From an uncultured Rivularia sp. (lineage in GTDB: Bacteria; Cyanobacteriota; Cyanobacteriia; Cyanobacteriales; Nostocaceae): 64,000 nucleotides of DNA. The stretch is from NCBI GenBank assembly GCA_963665115.1, contig OY762007.1:3360001-3424000 (forward strand). Direction: 5' to 3'. The position numbers and the translations under genes are program-made. The notes beneath the pieces are model-generated. The model had not been told where the DNA came from. It did not search any database and was given only the letters and a program-made list of their open reading frames with translations. Shown here one piece after another: positions 44,221 to 54,397 of this stretch; the stretch's first letter is position 1, and the number at the start of each line of letters is the position of its first letter.

Positions 44221-44859
44221 TTACTGCTCACCGATCACTGCCAAGGCGATCGCTGGGGGTAAAATTCGATGTTCTTGAATTTGAATTCTGGCGTGGAGTG
44301 TATCTGAGGTATCGTCGGGTAGTACTGGTACTGCTGCTTGCATGAGGATTTTACCGCTGTCCATTTCTAAGGAAACTAAATGTACGGTACAGCCAGTTAT
44401 TTTGACTTTGGCTTCTATTGCTTGTTCTATTGCTCGTACTCCTTTGAAGCTGGGTAATAAGCTGGGATGAATATTAATTATTTTTTGGGGAAATGCATCG
44501 ATCAGTATTTGAGTTACTAAGCGCATCCAGCCAGCCATTATTACCCACTCCACACCATGTTGATGCAGTGTTTGTACAATTTGCTTATCTAATTCTTCTC
44601 GGTGCTTGTAGTCGCGATGATTGATGAGTACGCTTTTGATTTTCCAGTTGTCTGCACGTACTGCGGCATAAGCATCTGGATTGTTGTAAATTAAAACTTG
44701 AATTTGAGCGTTTAATTGTCCGTTTTTAATAGCCTGGGCAACTGCTTCAAAATTACTACCGTTACCAGAAGCCATTATTCCCAATTTTATCGGCTTGCTT
44801 GATGCTTGTGAATTATTGGGGATATCGGGAGATACTAAACTTGGGGAAACGGAAGTCAT
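44221..44859 (-). CDS. purN: Phosphoribosylglycinamide formyltransferase
   Basis: ASGNGSNF, MAGWMRL, INIHPSLLPSFKG, TGCTVH, MDSG. Confidence 0.96.
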   Translation of the reverse strand: MTSVSPSLVSPDIPNNSQASSKPIKLGIMASGNGSNFEAVAQAIKNGQLNAQIQVLIYNNPDAYAAVRADNWKIKSVLINHRDYKHREELDKQIVQTLHQHGVEWVIMAGWMRLVTQILIDAFPQKIINIHPSLLPSFKGVRAIEQAIEAKVKITGCTVHLVSLEMDSGKILMQAAVPVLPDDTSDTLHARIQIQEHRILPPAIALAVIGEQ

Positions 44860-44989
44860 ATCGATATATAAATTGGTAGCAGAACAAATATTATCGCTTT
44901 TTCGGTGTTGCTACCAAAAGTATAAAAGTCGATTGAATGTCAAAGGTCAAAAATATAATTTTTTAGTAATCAATTAAATTTGTATTCTT

Positions 44990-45060
44990 GTAGGGTGTGT
45001 TACGGCAAAAAATAATTTTCTTGAAATACGACTATTATCATAATGCCGTAACGCACCATT
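44990..45060. repeat. Dispersed inverted-repeat element, family C
   Basis: GTAG-GGTGTGTTACGGCA...TGCCGTAACGCACC. Confidence 0.75.
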
Positions 45061-45080
45061 ATCTTAAATAATTTATTCAT

Positions 45081-45599
45081 CTATCTTGAAGCTTGAAAAC
45101 CAGATGGACATTTAATATCTTCCGATTTCGTTGCATTTTCAGGTAATTTCGGGATTTGAGGAAGTTTAGATAAAGGTAAAGACTTAATGCTTTGACACAT
45201 TTTCATAATAATATCCTTATCGTCTACTTTTATAACGTAAACCAATCCAATATAACTTTTAAGTCCTTTACGTCTAGCTGTACTTATATTCATTACTCTT
45301 TGAAGATTTGATTTGGAGACGAATTCAATAAAATAATTGTTTGTTTTATGAAAGTACTTATCGGTTTCTGGTTGAAAGCCAAAAAGCTCTTGTATTTCGT
45401 TAAGTGTAGCCAATCGATTATTTTCTTTAAAGAAAGCTTCTTGAGCGCGATTCATAGAAACAGCAAAAGTTTTACCTACATTTAACGCCAATTTTCCATC
45501 TCTTTGTAGAAAATTAGGTAGAAAAAATATGATTAAAACTAATAAGAATATAGGAGTTATTATATAAATATTTTTATTATGTTTCCAATTCATTTTCAT
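45081..45599 (-). CDS. Type IV pilin-like G/H family protein
   Basis: TM helix, GKTFAVSMNRAQEAFFKEN, GLKSYIG, terminal Cys pair (MCQS...KCPSG). Confidence 0.78.
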   Translation of the reverse strand: MKMNWKHNKNIYIITPIFLLVLIIFFLPNFLQRDGKLALNVGKTFAVSMNRAQEAFFKENNRLATLNEIQELFGFQPETDKYFHKTNNYFIEFVSKSNLQRVMNISTARRKGLKSYIGLVYVIKVDDKDIIMKMCQSIKSLPLSKLPQIPKLPENATKSEDIKCPSGFQASR

Positions 45600-45790
45600 T
45601 TTATTAATCGTAACTTACTATCTCTAGATTGTCACTATCTATACAATAGCTCTGAATATAGTTATCCGTAGGAGCGGTATTTGAAAATTGTTAGTGAGGT
45701 AATCAAAATGTTCAGGTTAAGATTGAAAATATTTTGTTGTTGCTAATTTTAAACGCAAAGGTACGCTGAGAGGAATATTGAAATTAAGTT

Positions 45791-46303
45791 TTAAATAATT
45801 GTTATTAAATAGCGAATTTCGCGGAGTTCAAAGTTTTGTCGGATATCAATTTTTGTTGCTCCATCTGGTTGAAGCCCCATTTTTTGATAGAAGCTACAAG
45901 CTGGTTGATTGGTGTCAAGAACCCACAATGTAACTTGGGTGAATTCTTGATTTTTCATATTTTCTAAAATAAATTCAAAAAGTTCTGTCCCCAAGCCTTT
46001 TCTCCTATCTTGGGGATTAAGATATATAGATGTTATTTCCCCGGTTACGGTAGAATCCTTATCTTCGTCGCGGGTGTTTCCGAAATTAGCAAAACCTACA
46101 ACCGTACCGTTAATTTCTTTTACTATAGTATGAGTTTTGGAATCAATTAAAATATTTCGCCAAGCTTGTTCGCGTTTTGCAATTGATAAGTTATCTAAGT
46201 AGCTTTGAGGAATTAAACCTTTATAAGCTACTTGCCAAGAGTTAACATGAATTGTGGCAATATCTTTGATATCTTCAAGAGTTGCGGTTCTAATAGTCAT
46301 CAA
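45791..46303 (-). CDS. GNAT acetyltransferase
   Basis: IATIHVNSWQVAY, RRKGLG, LWVLDTN, FYQKMG. Confidence 0.9.
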   Translation of the reverse strand: MMTIRTATLEDIKDIATIHVNSWQVAYKGLIPQSYLDNLSIAKREQAWRNILIDSKTHTIVKEINGTVVGFANFGNTRDEDKDSTVTGEITSIYLNPQDRRKGLGTELFEFILENMKNQEFTQVTLWVLDTNQPACSFYQKMGLQPDGATKIDIRQNFELREIRYLITII

Positions 46304-46353
46304 TAGAAGATAGTTTTAGTACCCAGATAAAAAAAGCTGGGTTTACTGTTTAA

Positions 46354-46548
46354 TCAAACATCAACATTTATCTGTTCTATCTGTCTAGCAGCTTTCTCCC
46401 AAAGTTTTGCTGAAGCTTCATCTTGCCAATGAGTCCTCAGATTTTCTGCTTTTTTATGACATATTCGCTCTAGCAATTCTAAAATTGTGGGTAATGTCAA
46501 TTTATCAACTAACCCTTCCACAATTTCCATATATTCTTTGTGTATCAT
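46354..46548 (-). CDS. Small hypothetical protein
   Basis: 64-aa ORF with AAGGAG RBS; LERICHKKAENLRTHWQD. Confidence 0.7.
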   Translation of the reverse strand: MIHKEYMEIVEGLVDKLTLPTILELLERICHKKAENLRTHWQDEASAKLWEKAARQIEQINVDV

Positions 46549-46830
46549 AATTAGCTCCTTAATGTCCGCTAATATCTTATGAAAAAACCATGCAAAATTA
46601 TTTTAACTTCGCAAATATTGTATTAAGTTTTATTACTCGTTTTGCTCGATATTTTATCAGTTTCTACACGTAGTTTAACATCTAATATAATATTTAATTT
46701 TTATGATTTATATAAATAAACAAAAAGTGTTTAAAGCTGGTTATGGAGCGAAACTTGATATAAACACATCAATATATCAAATAGTAAACTAACGGATATT
46801 GTTATTCGCAACTAAACCCGTCAGTTTGTT

Positions 46831-46946
46831 TATAGCGTTTCTCAATCTGGTGAAGTACAGCTTTCTTTATCTCCCCTCTCCTTAATAAGGAGAGGGGTTG
46901 GGGGTGAGGTTTTAAGATGTACCTCGATAGACCGGGAAGCGCTATA
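46831..46946. mobile_element. MITE with TA ends and internal GC-rich hairpin
   Basis: TATAGCGTTTCTCAATCT / AGACCGGGAAGCGCTATA; internal CCCCTCTCCTTA-A-TAAGGAGAGGGG. Confidence 0.8.
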
Positions 46947-46990
46947 TTAGTACTCCTTTTATTATTTAGAGTTGAATTTATAGATTAGAA

Positions 46991-47455
46991 TTACAGCTTG
47001 GCTTGGGCAAGTTTAAATAAATCCTCATTTCCATAAGACCACAAAACTCTAAATTTCCAGTGTTTAATTTTCCATTGAGATTCGCTACGCATCAGTTGAA
47101 CTGTATAGTAACCGCCCATTTCAAATACAGAATCGCCTCGATCGTTTGGTAGAAAATGCATGGCTCGTACATGAGCTTGACAAGTTGCCAAATCGCCTTC
47201 TACTTTTACTTGATGGTTGGTAATCTGGTGTTGAGTCGCTTGAAATCCCGACAAATCGTGACGAGCGGTGTTGGCAATTTCTTCGGGTGACAATTGCCCG
47301 GATTTGACTCCAATTGAAGAATAGTCGAATTCGGTGGGATTATGAAACAGGCTTTGCAACTTCTCCCAATCTCGCAAATCAATCGCTAATCCGAATGCGC
47401 TTACAAGTTCGATAATACTTAAGGTATCTGTCAATAATCTAATTTGTTCGTTCAT
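46991..47455 (-). CDS. SnoaL/NTF2-like protein
   Basis: IDLRDW, TQHQITN, GGYY, WKIK. Confidence 0.85.
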   Translation of the reverse strand: MNEQIRLLTDTLSIIELVSAFGLAIDLRDWEKLQSLFHNPTEFDYSSIGVKSGQLSPEEIANTARHDLSGFQATQHQITNHQVKVEGDLATCQAHVRAMHFLPNDRGDSVFEMGGYYTVQLMRSESQWKIKHWKFRVLWSYGNEDLFKLAQAKL

Positions 47456-48549
47456 TAGGATTCCCCAACTGATTCGCGGTTAAGAAATGGATAATCTGTG
47501 TAGCCACGCTCATCACCATCGTAAAATGTTGAACCATCCGGCTCATTCAAGGTTGCATTTAAAGCAAAACGTTTAGGTAAATCGGGATTGGCTATAAATA
47601 GTCTGCCAAAAGATATCAAATCCGCCATACCACTTTTCAAAATTTCATTGGCTTTCTCGCGGTTATAATCTCCATTTACCATCAGCACACCTTTAAAAAT
47701 AGAGCGGAAAAACGCTGCATCTAATCCAGTGTCAGTACCCCATTGATTGGGTTCCATTAGATGAAAATAAGCAAGGTCGAATGTATTCAAGGCATCGACG
47801 ACATACTTAAATGTTGTAGTGCGGTCTGAGTCCTCCATGCTGTAATTTGTACCGCTGGGTGAAAGTCTTACTCCTACTCGGTTTTTACCCCATACGGCTG
47901 TCACGGATTCTATAACTTCAAGCAGGAATCGAGCGCGATTTTCTACTGAACCACCATAATTATCGGTACGTTTATTAGAGCCATCTTGTAAAAATTCATC
48001 GATTAAATAGCCGTTTGCTCCGTGAATTTCCACACCATCAAACCCTGCCGTCAAAGCATTTTCTGCTCCTTGACGAAACTGCTCTACTATCCCCGTAATT
48101 TCTGCTGTTTCGAGCGCTCTGGGTGCAACCATTGACGGACGACCATCGGGTGTGTATGCGTGTCCTTCTGCTGCGATCGCACTCGGAGCAACTGGAAGTG
48201 CTTGGTTTTCCTGAAGTGCGGGATGAGAAGTACGTCCTGCGTGCCATAGCTGAAGAAAAATTTTCCCCCCTACTGCATGAACTACATTTGTGATTTTTTG
48301 CCACCCGGCGATTTGTTCGGGGGAATGAATTCCCGGACTGCGAGCGTATCCGCGAGCTTGCGGCGATATTTGAGTTGCTTCTGTGATGATTAGTCCGGCG
48401 GAAGCTCTTTGGGTGTAATAAGTTGCATTCATCTGAGTGGGAGCATTCCCGACTCCTGCCCGCATCCGGGTTAGAGGTGCCATAATTATTCGATTCGGTA
48501 AAGTGAGAGAACCGATTTGAATGGCCGTGAATATATCTGTATTTGTCAT
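47455..48549 (-). CDS. Old Yellow Enzyme family alkene reductase (NemA-like)
   Basis: NRIIMAPLTR, QLWHAGR, EIHGANGYL, GRLFIANPDLP, GYTDYP. Confidence 0.93.
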   Translation of the reverse strand: MTNTDIFTAIQIGSLTLPNRIIMAPLTRMRAGVGNAPTQMNATYYTQRASAGLIITEATQISPQARGYARSPGIHSPEQIAGWQKITNVVHAVGGKIFLQLWHAGRTSHPALQENQALPVAPSAIAAEGHAYTPDGRPSMVAPRALETAEITGIVEQFRQGAENALTAGFDGVEIHGANGYLIDEFLQDGSNKRTDNYGGSVENRARFLLEVIESVTAVWGKNRVGVRLSPSGTNYSMEDSDRTTTFKYVVDALNTFDLAYFHLMEPNQWGTDTGLDAAFFRSIFKGVLMVNGDYNREKANEILKSGMADLISFGRLFIANPDLPKRFALNATLNEPDGSTFYDGDERGYTDYPFLNRESVGES

Positions 48550-48616
48550 GTCTGGAATAATTGCGATACATAAAAGTTTCCTGTTTTCTGTTCCCTATTT
48601 CCCGTTCCCTTATTAT

Positions 48617-49390
48617 TCACAGCATTTGGCTGCCTCCATTCACCATTAAGTAAGTGCCAGTAATAAATCGCGCTGGCTCGGATGCCAATAGCAGAACACC
48701 ACCTGCAATGTCTTCAGGCTGGGCATTTCGCCGTAGGGGTGTTTGCTCTGCAATGCTATCTTTCCATTCCTGCGGTTGATCCGATAGGGCATCTGTAAGA
48801 GTAACACCAGGAGCAACAGCATTAACGCGAATTCCTTGGGGACCTAATTCTGTGGCAAGACTTTTTACAAAACCGTCAATTCCCGATTTTGCGGTTGTGT
48901 GAGCAGAAAAACCTGAATCTGCATGACGGGAGGTGATTGAACTAATAGCAATGATGCAACCGCTTTTATTTTCCACCATTGAAGGCACAACTGCTTTGCA
49001 GGGATAAAACGCTGACTTTAATTCTGCTGTTAACTTTGCTTCAAACTCTTCCCAAGATTGTTCCATCAACGGAGCAATTTTAAACGAAGCATTTGCATTC
49101 AAAACCAAGGTATCAACATCACCAAACGCTTCTTTAACTTGTTTAACCATCGATTCAACTTGCGTTTTATCTCGTACATCGGCTTGTACGGCAATTGCCT
49201 TACCACCACCAGACACAATATCGTCTACAACTTCTTGAGCAGCATCTTTACTGCTGTGATAGTTAATACCTACTGCTGCACCATGTTCAGCAAAAAGTTT
49301 CGCAATAGCAGCTCCAATACCTCGACTTGAACCAGTGACGATCGCCACTCGGTTTTGCAGCAGTTTTGCAGTTTGTGTAGTGCTTGTCAT
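48617..49390 (-). CDS. SDR oxidoreductase (HxxxK in place of YxxxK)
   Basis: TGSSRGIG, SAHTTAKSG, VNAVAPG. Confidence 0.9.
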   Translation of the reverse strand: MTSTTQTAKLLQNRVAIVTGSSRGIGAAIAKLFAEHGAAVGINYHSSKDAAQEVVDDIVSGGGKAIAVQADVRDKTQVESMVKQVKEAFGDVDTLVLNANASFKIAPLMEQSWEEFEAKLTAELKSAFYPCKAVVPSMVENKSGCIIAISSITSRHADSGFSAHTTAKSGIDGFVKSLATELGPQGIRVNAVAPGVTLTDALSDQPQEWKDSIAEQTPLRRNAQPEDIAGGVLLLASEPARFITGTYLMVNGGSQML

Positions 49391-49419
49391 TTCTGTTTCC
49401 TACTAAATAGTTGTGATAT

Positions 49420-49716
49420 TTATGCAATGGTTCGGTAAAATCGCACGTCGGGGGGAGTTTCGATTAAACTTTCCATTTTTGCTTCAGCAGTTTTGGTATG
49501 AGATGCACTGCTGTGATTGTCGAGAGCGGTTTGTGATTCCCATTCTTCAACCAGCACAAACTCGGCTGAATCGCTATGATTTTGCAGCAATTCGTAATGA
49601 AGGCAGCCAGATTCTTGATGAGTTGGTTTGACTATACCGCTCAAAACTGACTTAACTTCGTTTTCTTTTCCGGCTTTTGCAATGATTCGCGCTACAACTC
49701 GAATTGGTTCTTTCAC
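49420..49716 (-). CDS. ABM/quinol monooxygenase family protein
   Basis: ESGCLHYEL, FVLVEEWES..LDNH; GTG start with AGGAG RBS. Confidence 0.88.
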   Translation of the reverse strand: MKEPIRVVARIIAKAGKENEVKSVLSGIVKPTHQESGCLHYELLQNHSDSAEFVLVEEWESQTALDNHSSASHTKTAEAKMESLIETPPDVRFYRTIA

Positions 49717-49818
49717 GTCTTACTCCTATCTTGCTCTAACATTGTCTATCTCTCTTCCTTCCTCTACGGTTTTTTTCCTCAGTATCTGTCGTAAGGAAAT
49801 ATTACTTAGATTATTGAA

Positions 49819-50727
49819 TTACTTATTCGCTGCTTTCCAAGCTGCATAATAAGTTTCAATTTCATCGATAACCCCAATGTGACGCGGAACCCATCCCAGA
49901 AGACGACGCGCTTTTTGTGAGGTAATAAACTCATTTTGGTCAAACCATACGCTAGTTACATCATCTTCTTGAGGTTCGGCAAACTCAATTTCACCGCTGT
50001 AACCAGTCGCTTTGAGACAAGCTTGCATAATTTCAAGACATTTGGGACGCTGTTCGTCAGCAATACAAAACACTTCACCGTCGATCGCCTTACTACTTTC
50101 AACTACCCGCACGTAAGCTTCTGCTAAATCACGAACGTGTACCCAACTCCATCCCTTCTCTTTGTCACCACGGTAAATAGCTTTTTGTTGCTCTCCCATT
50201 TGAAACCACATCCCGGTAACGCTGGATTTTCCATCTAATCCGTACATAAAACCGGGACGCAATACGACTTTTTGACAGTTGGGAATCGACATTGCAAACA
50301 GCTTTTTCTCCATTTCCATGCGAAAAGCAAGCTTATGTTCGGGATTTGCAGGTGTGGTTTCATCCATAACACGCTCCGGACGTTTGCCGTAAATTGAGCA
50401 GCCTGTTGTATATACAAAGCAGCGATTTCGATTTGAAGATTCTGCAACCTGACGTAGCGTATCAAACAATGCTAAATCGGTACCTTGTGGATTTTCAAAA
50501 TCCATCATGGCGTGAACCACTGCATCACCATCTTCGATAAACCGACGATAAGTATCAGGTTTGCTGACATCACCAATCGCCAACTCTACTTCATGTTTTT
50601 GCAATTCACGAGCGCGGGGTTTACTGTCGTCTCGCGTTAATCCGTATACATGATGTCCCGCTTCACGAAGTGCAATGGCTGCGTAAAATCCGGCGTATCC
50701 AGTTGCACCTGTTACAAGTACTTTCAT
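49819..50727 (-). CDS. NAD-dependent epimerase/dehydratase
   Basis: KVLVTGATGYAG, VLRPGFMYG, WVHVRDLA. Confidence 0.88.
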   Translation of the reverse strand: MKVLVTGATGYAGFYAAIALREAGHHVYGLTRDDSKPRARELQKHEVELAIGDVSKPDTYRRFIEDGDAVVHAMMDFENPQGTDLALFDTLRQVAESSNRNRCFVYTTGCSIYGKRPERVMDETTPANPEHKLAFRMEMEKKLFAMSIPNCQKVVLRPGFMYGLDGKSSVTGMWFQMGEQQKAIYRGDKEKGWSWVHVRDLAEAYVRVVESSKAIDGEVFCIADEQRPKCLEIMQACLKATGYSGEIEFAEPQEDDVTSVWFDQNEFITSQKARRLLGWVPRHIGVIDEIETYYAAWKAANK

Positions 50728-50801
50728 TAATTTATTTTTTAGACTAGTAAGGCTAAATTGATGATAATTAGCGTAACGGTATTGCTCACAGCCCTCAATA
50801 A

Positions 50802-50831
50802 CAAATCTTGCTGATTGTTTTCAAATCTTGC
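50802..50831 (-). promoter_or_regulatory. Direct repeat, candidate AraC-family binding site
   Basis: GCAAGATTTG twice with a 20-bp period, between the AraC gene and the next ATG. Confidence 0.55.
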
Positions 50832-50863
50832 GATTAAGGTGAAATCTCTCACTTTAGATAGAC

Positions 50864-50990
50864 TTAGCGATCGACTGCATTAGTTTTGGATGGTTCATTT
50901 CTGCGTTTACCGTAGGTGCGGCTCAATGTCGGGAGACGTAGCACTGCTACGTCTCTACAATCCTGCGGAACTAATGCAATTGACGACTAA
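50864..50990. mobile_element. MITE-like element with internal REP-like palindrome
   Basis: TIRs ..TGCATTAGTT / AACTAATGCA..; family A palindrome at 50933-50958; similar to 2264-2375. Confidence 0.72.
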
Positions 50991-51883
50991 AGTTTTTGTC
51001 TGTATTTCGATGGAGTGATGCCGGTGTGCTTGCGAAAAAAGTTGGTAAACTGTGCCGGGGTTGAGTATCCCAATTGATAACTAATTTCTACGATTGATAA
51101 TTGCGGTATCTTTAGTAATTGTTTCGCTAATTCAATGCGTTTTTTGATTACATACTGCCAAGGTGTTAATCCGGTACTCTCTTTGAATACGCGGCAAAAG
51201 TGATACTGGCTCATAGCAATTGTTGCTGCAATTTCTTCTAGAGACAACTTTTCGTTTAAATGAGCGTGAATATAATCTTTTGCTTGTTTTATTTTTGCGT
51301 CTTCGGGTGGAATATTATTATCTTGAAGCGGGTATTTTTTATTAGTGTAAAACTGCATTAAATGGGCAACGAGAGCAATACCTAATGATTGTGCATAAAA
51401 ACGATTACCTGCCGAATCAGTTTGTAAAGCAGTTTTAAGGGACAATCCAATTTGGTGAATTAGTGGATCGGGTTGAGCAAAATGTGGTAACAGTTCGATG
51501 TTATTGGAATCAATAGATTCGGGAATAGTTCTTGCTAGGAAAGATGGTTCAAGGCTAATCATAATTAACCCTTGCTCACCTTTTGAATGAATCCAATGTC
51601 GGGTATAGGCAGGTACAACACAAACATCACCAGCGTGAATTTGTTCTTGTTGAAAACGATTTGCTAATTTGCGTTCAGCTTCAACAACTCCCTTAGTTTG
51701 AATTGCGATAACGTGCTGCGTGGGATAATGCTCTGGAGTTTCATGGGATGGAGAATCGTGATATTCGAGGTACATTCCATCCCAACCAGCTTGATGAGAA
51801 GACAGTCGGTTTGAATTGGAAATTACTTGCGAGGTTGCTGCTTCCTGACTAAAGTTGACTGCAATTAATTTGTCTGATGCCAT
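50987..51883 (-). CDS. AraC family regulator
   Basis: YIHAHLNEKLSL, MSQYHFCRVFK, IELAKQLL, FRKHTGITPSKYR. Confidence 0.93.
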   Translation of the reverse strand: MASDKLIAVNFSQEAATSQVISNSNRLSSHQAGWDGMYLEYHDSPSHETPEHYPTQHVIAIQTKGVVEAERKLANRFQQEQIHAGDVCVVPAYTRHWIHSKGEQGLIMISLEPSFLARTIPESIDSNNIELLPHFAQPDPLIHQIGLSLKTALQTDSAGNRFYAQSLGIALVAHLMQFYTNKKYPLQDNNIPPEDAKIKQAKDYIHAHLNEKLSLEEIAATIAMSQYHFCRVFKESTGLTPWQYVIKKRIELAKQLLKIPQLSIVEISYQLGYSTPAQFTNFFRKHTGITPSKYRQKL

Positions 51884-51885
51884 GA

Positions 51886-52473
51886 TTAATTCAAAAACTC
51901 AATCCCATTTTTCTTCGCAGCCGAGACAATTTTATTAATGTCCAATTCGCTAGTCTTATAAGTAATTTCTGATTCGTCTTTTAAGCGAATACCTACTGCC
52001 GATAACATCTTGGGTAAAGCATCACTTCGACTTACTACTAAAACTTTTCCTTCTCCCATGCCAATATGTTTAAAGCCAAAAGGAACACCCGAAGGAATGG
52101 AAACAATCTCACCTTGGGTTACTTGGGTATTTTGCTCTGGCTCGGAGAAAGCAAACTCAAAGTCTCCTTTAATAATGTATATTTCTTCTGGAGCCTGAAG
52201 AACGTGTTTTCTTAATAGCAACCCTCCATATTCAGGTGGCTGAGTTATTTCAGTTCTAGAGATAACTTGAGAAATATTGCTATTAAAAGGTTTATAGGTA
52301 TTAAAAGTTTTATAGGTAAATATTTCTCTTCCTACTGCTACAGTTTTACTATAGTTGGGATGAAAAACTGATATGTTTTGAGAGGTTAAGGCAGCGGCAT
52401 CTAAAGTCGGATAAATTGTGGCTGTTAAAGACACAAATAAAACGAAGAAAATAGAAATTATTGTTTTCATCAT
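51886..52473 (-). CDS. Cupin-fold protein with signal peptide
   Basis: Hydrophobic N-terminus; EEIYIIKG, GEIVSIPSGVPFGF. Confidence 0.7.
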   Translation of the reverse strand: MMKTIISIFFVLFVSLTATIYPTLDAAALTSQNISVFHPNYSKTVAVGREIFTYKTFNTYKPFNSNISQVISRTEITQPPEYGGLLLRKHVLQAPEEIYIIKGDFEFAFSEPEQNTQVTQGEIVSIPSGVPFGFKHIGMGEGKVLVVSRSDALPKMLSAVGIRLKDESEITYKTSELDINKIVSAAKKNGIEFLN

Positions 52474-52542
52474 AATTTTTGGCTGTTAGATTAGTTAATA
52501 CAGTGCGAGTCTTTTTTAATATCCTAATAAACGAACGATTGT

Positions 52543-53283
52543 TTATGCCAAACCACCATTAGCGCGAATATTTTGTCCTGTAATCCAGCGTGCATTATCG
52601 CTAGCTAAAAAAGCCACAACATCGGCGATATCTTCCGTTTCTCCAATTCTTCCCAACGCTGCCATATCACCAAATTTCTTGATTTGTTCTTCAGTTTTAC
52701 CTTCGCGAAACAAAGGAGTATCTGTAGGTCCCGGAGAGACAACGTTAACTGTTATACCGCGACTTCCCACTTCTTTCGCCAACACTCGCGTAACTTGTTC
52801 TACCGCTCCCTTGGTGGCAACATATGCGCTGTAAGTCGGCAGCATCATAGCCGTGGTAGTACTAGAAATATTAATTATTCGTCCCCCTTGATTCATCCGT
52901 TTAACCGCTTGCTGACAGGCAAAATAAGTACCTTTAATATTGACAGCAACAATTTTATCAAAGTCTGCTTCTGTTATTTCTACTAAGGGTTTGTTAATAA
53001 TAATTCCGGCACAATTAACTAAAATATCGACTTGTCCCAACTTATCAACAGTTTGCTCAAATAAACTTTCTATTTCAGCAACTTTACCCACATCAGCCTG
53101 TAGAGAAATTGCCTTCCCTCCCTGCTGTTTGATTTCTGCAACTGTTTCGTTGGCTTTGTCTGCACTATGGGAATAATTGATAACTACAGTTGCACCATCT
53201 TTAGCTAGTTTTGTGGCGATCGCCTTACCGATACCGCGAGATGAGCCTGTGATAATTGCAACTTTGTTGTTTAAGTTTGTCAT
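52543..53283 (-). CDS. SDR oxidoreductase
   Basis: TGSSRGIG, YVATK, SPGPTDT; ATG at 53283. Confidence 0.92.
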   Translation of the reverse strand: MTNLNNKVAIITGSSRGIGKAIATKLAKDGATVVINYSHSADKANETVAEIKQQGGKAISLQADVGKVAEIESLFEQTVDKLGQVDILVNCAGIIINKPLVEITEADFDKIVAVNIKGTYFACQQAVKRMNQGGRIINISSTTTAMMLPTYSAYVATKGAVEQVTRVLAKEVGSRGITVNVVSPGPTDTPLFREGKTEEQIKKFGDMAALGRIGETEDIADVVAFLASDNARWITGQNIRANGGLA

Positions 53284-53448
53284 TCTTCTTTTTTTGGAAT
53301 CAGAATTTGGGATATTGTTAAATCGAAGGAAGAGGGAAGAGGGAAGAAATTGTAATAGGGAATTCAATCCATATTTAGAGGTTAAAAATTTAGGTTGGTA
53401 CGTTAATCAAATATTACATTAAAGTAATTTGTTTGAGAATTAGATTCG

Positions 53449-53516
53449 ATGGTGCGTTAGAGCATTACCAAAGGTATTTATGAAATCGAAATTTTTTGCG
53501 CTCTAACACACCCTAT
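53449..53516. repeat. Dispersed inverted-repeat element, family C
   Basis: GGTGCGTTAGAGC...GCTCTAACACACC. Confidence 0.72.
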
Positions 53517-53534
53517 AAGGGAAATTATCAAGAA

Positions 53535-54245
53535 TTAAATCAGGAATTGACCACCGTTAACTTCGATTACGGTTCCGGTAATAAAGGAATTAGTCATCAA
53601 AAATACGGCAGCTTTACCGATATCTTCGGCTTGTCCAATTCTTCTAGCTGGAACTTCTGCTGCTTGTTGACGAAATTTTTCTCGTTCTTCTTCGGATAAA
53701 AAATCCCACATTTCGGTATCAATTGCACCAGGAATAATTGTGTTTACCCTGATTGGTGCTAGCTCTACTGCAAGTGCTTTAGCTAAACCTTCTGTTGCTG
53801 CTTGACTAGCCGTTACCATACTAGAACCTATTTCTGGTCTTCTACTTAATCCACCAGAAAGAAAGGTGATTGAGCCTTGCGATATTTTGGCAGCAGCATA
53901 ATAAGCACAAGTATAGGAACCCCAAAACTTACCATCCATGTATTTTCGAGCGTCATTGATAGATTGCTTGAGAAATTCACCTCTCGAACCCGGTGCAGCA
54001 GTAACGAATAGATGGTTTAGCTGTCCGACTTGCTCGAATAGTTGCTGTATGGATTGTTCGTTTAAGATATCGACTTGAATACCTTTTATTCCATCAATCT
54101 TAGATATAGCAGCGTCCATCTTTTCTTGCGAGTGGCTGGCAATAATTACCGATGCTCCCGCTTTGGCTGCAACTTGTGCTGCACCTAAGCCCATACCGCT
54201 GCTACCACCGACGATAACTACTGTTTGTCCTTCAAGTTCGCTCAT
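53535..54245 (-). CDS. Atypical SDR lacking YxxxK
   Basis: VGGSSGMG, KFWG, VTASQAA, ELAPIRVN; ATG at 54245. Confidence 0.87.
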   Translation of the reverse strand: MSELEGQTVVIVGGSSGMGLGAAQVAAKAGASVIIASHSQEKMDAAISKIDGIKGIQVDILNEQSIQQLFEQVGQLNHLFVTAAPGSRGEFLKQSINDARKYMDGKFWGSYTCAYYAAAKISQGSITFLSGGLSRRPEIGSSMVTASQAATEGLAKALAVELAPIRVNTIIPGAIDTEMWDFLSEEEREKFRQQAAEVPARRIGQAEDIGKAAVFLMTNSFITGTVIEVNGGQFLI

Positions 54246-54350
54246 TTTATTCAATTTTGGACTTACACAACATTAACGATAAAATTAGAATTCCAGACGT
54301 TTATAATCTCGCAATCCTACTTAAGCTCGTCCCAAAATATTCTCCTTTTT

Positions 54351-54397
54351 TACCTTTAACCTTTGACCTTTAACCTCTAACCTTTAACCTTTGACTT
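54351..54397. repeat. STRR (TAACCTT)n
   Basis: Imperfect tandem heptamers. Confidence 0.8.

Noticed and set aside
48038..48571. 177-aa Arg/Ser-rich ORF
   Set aside because: Alternative frame inside the OYE gene.
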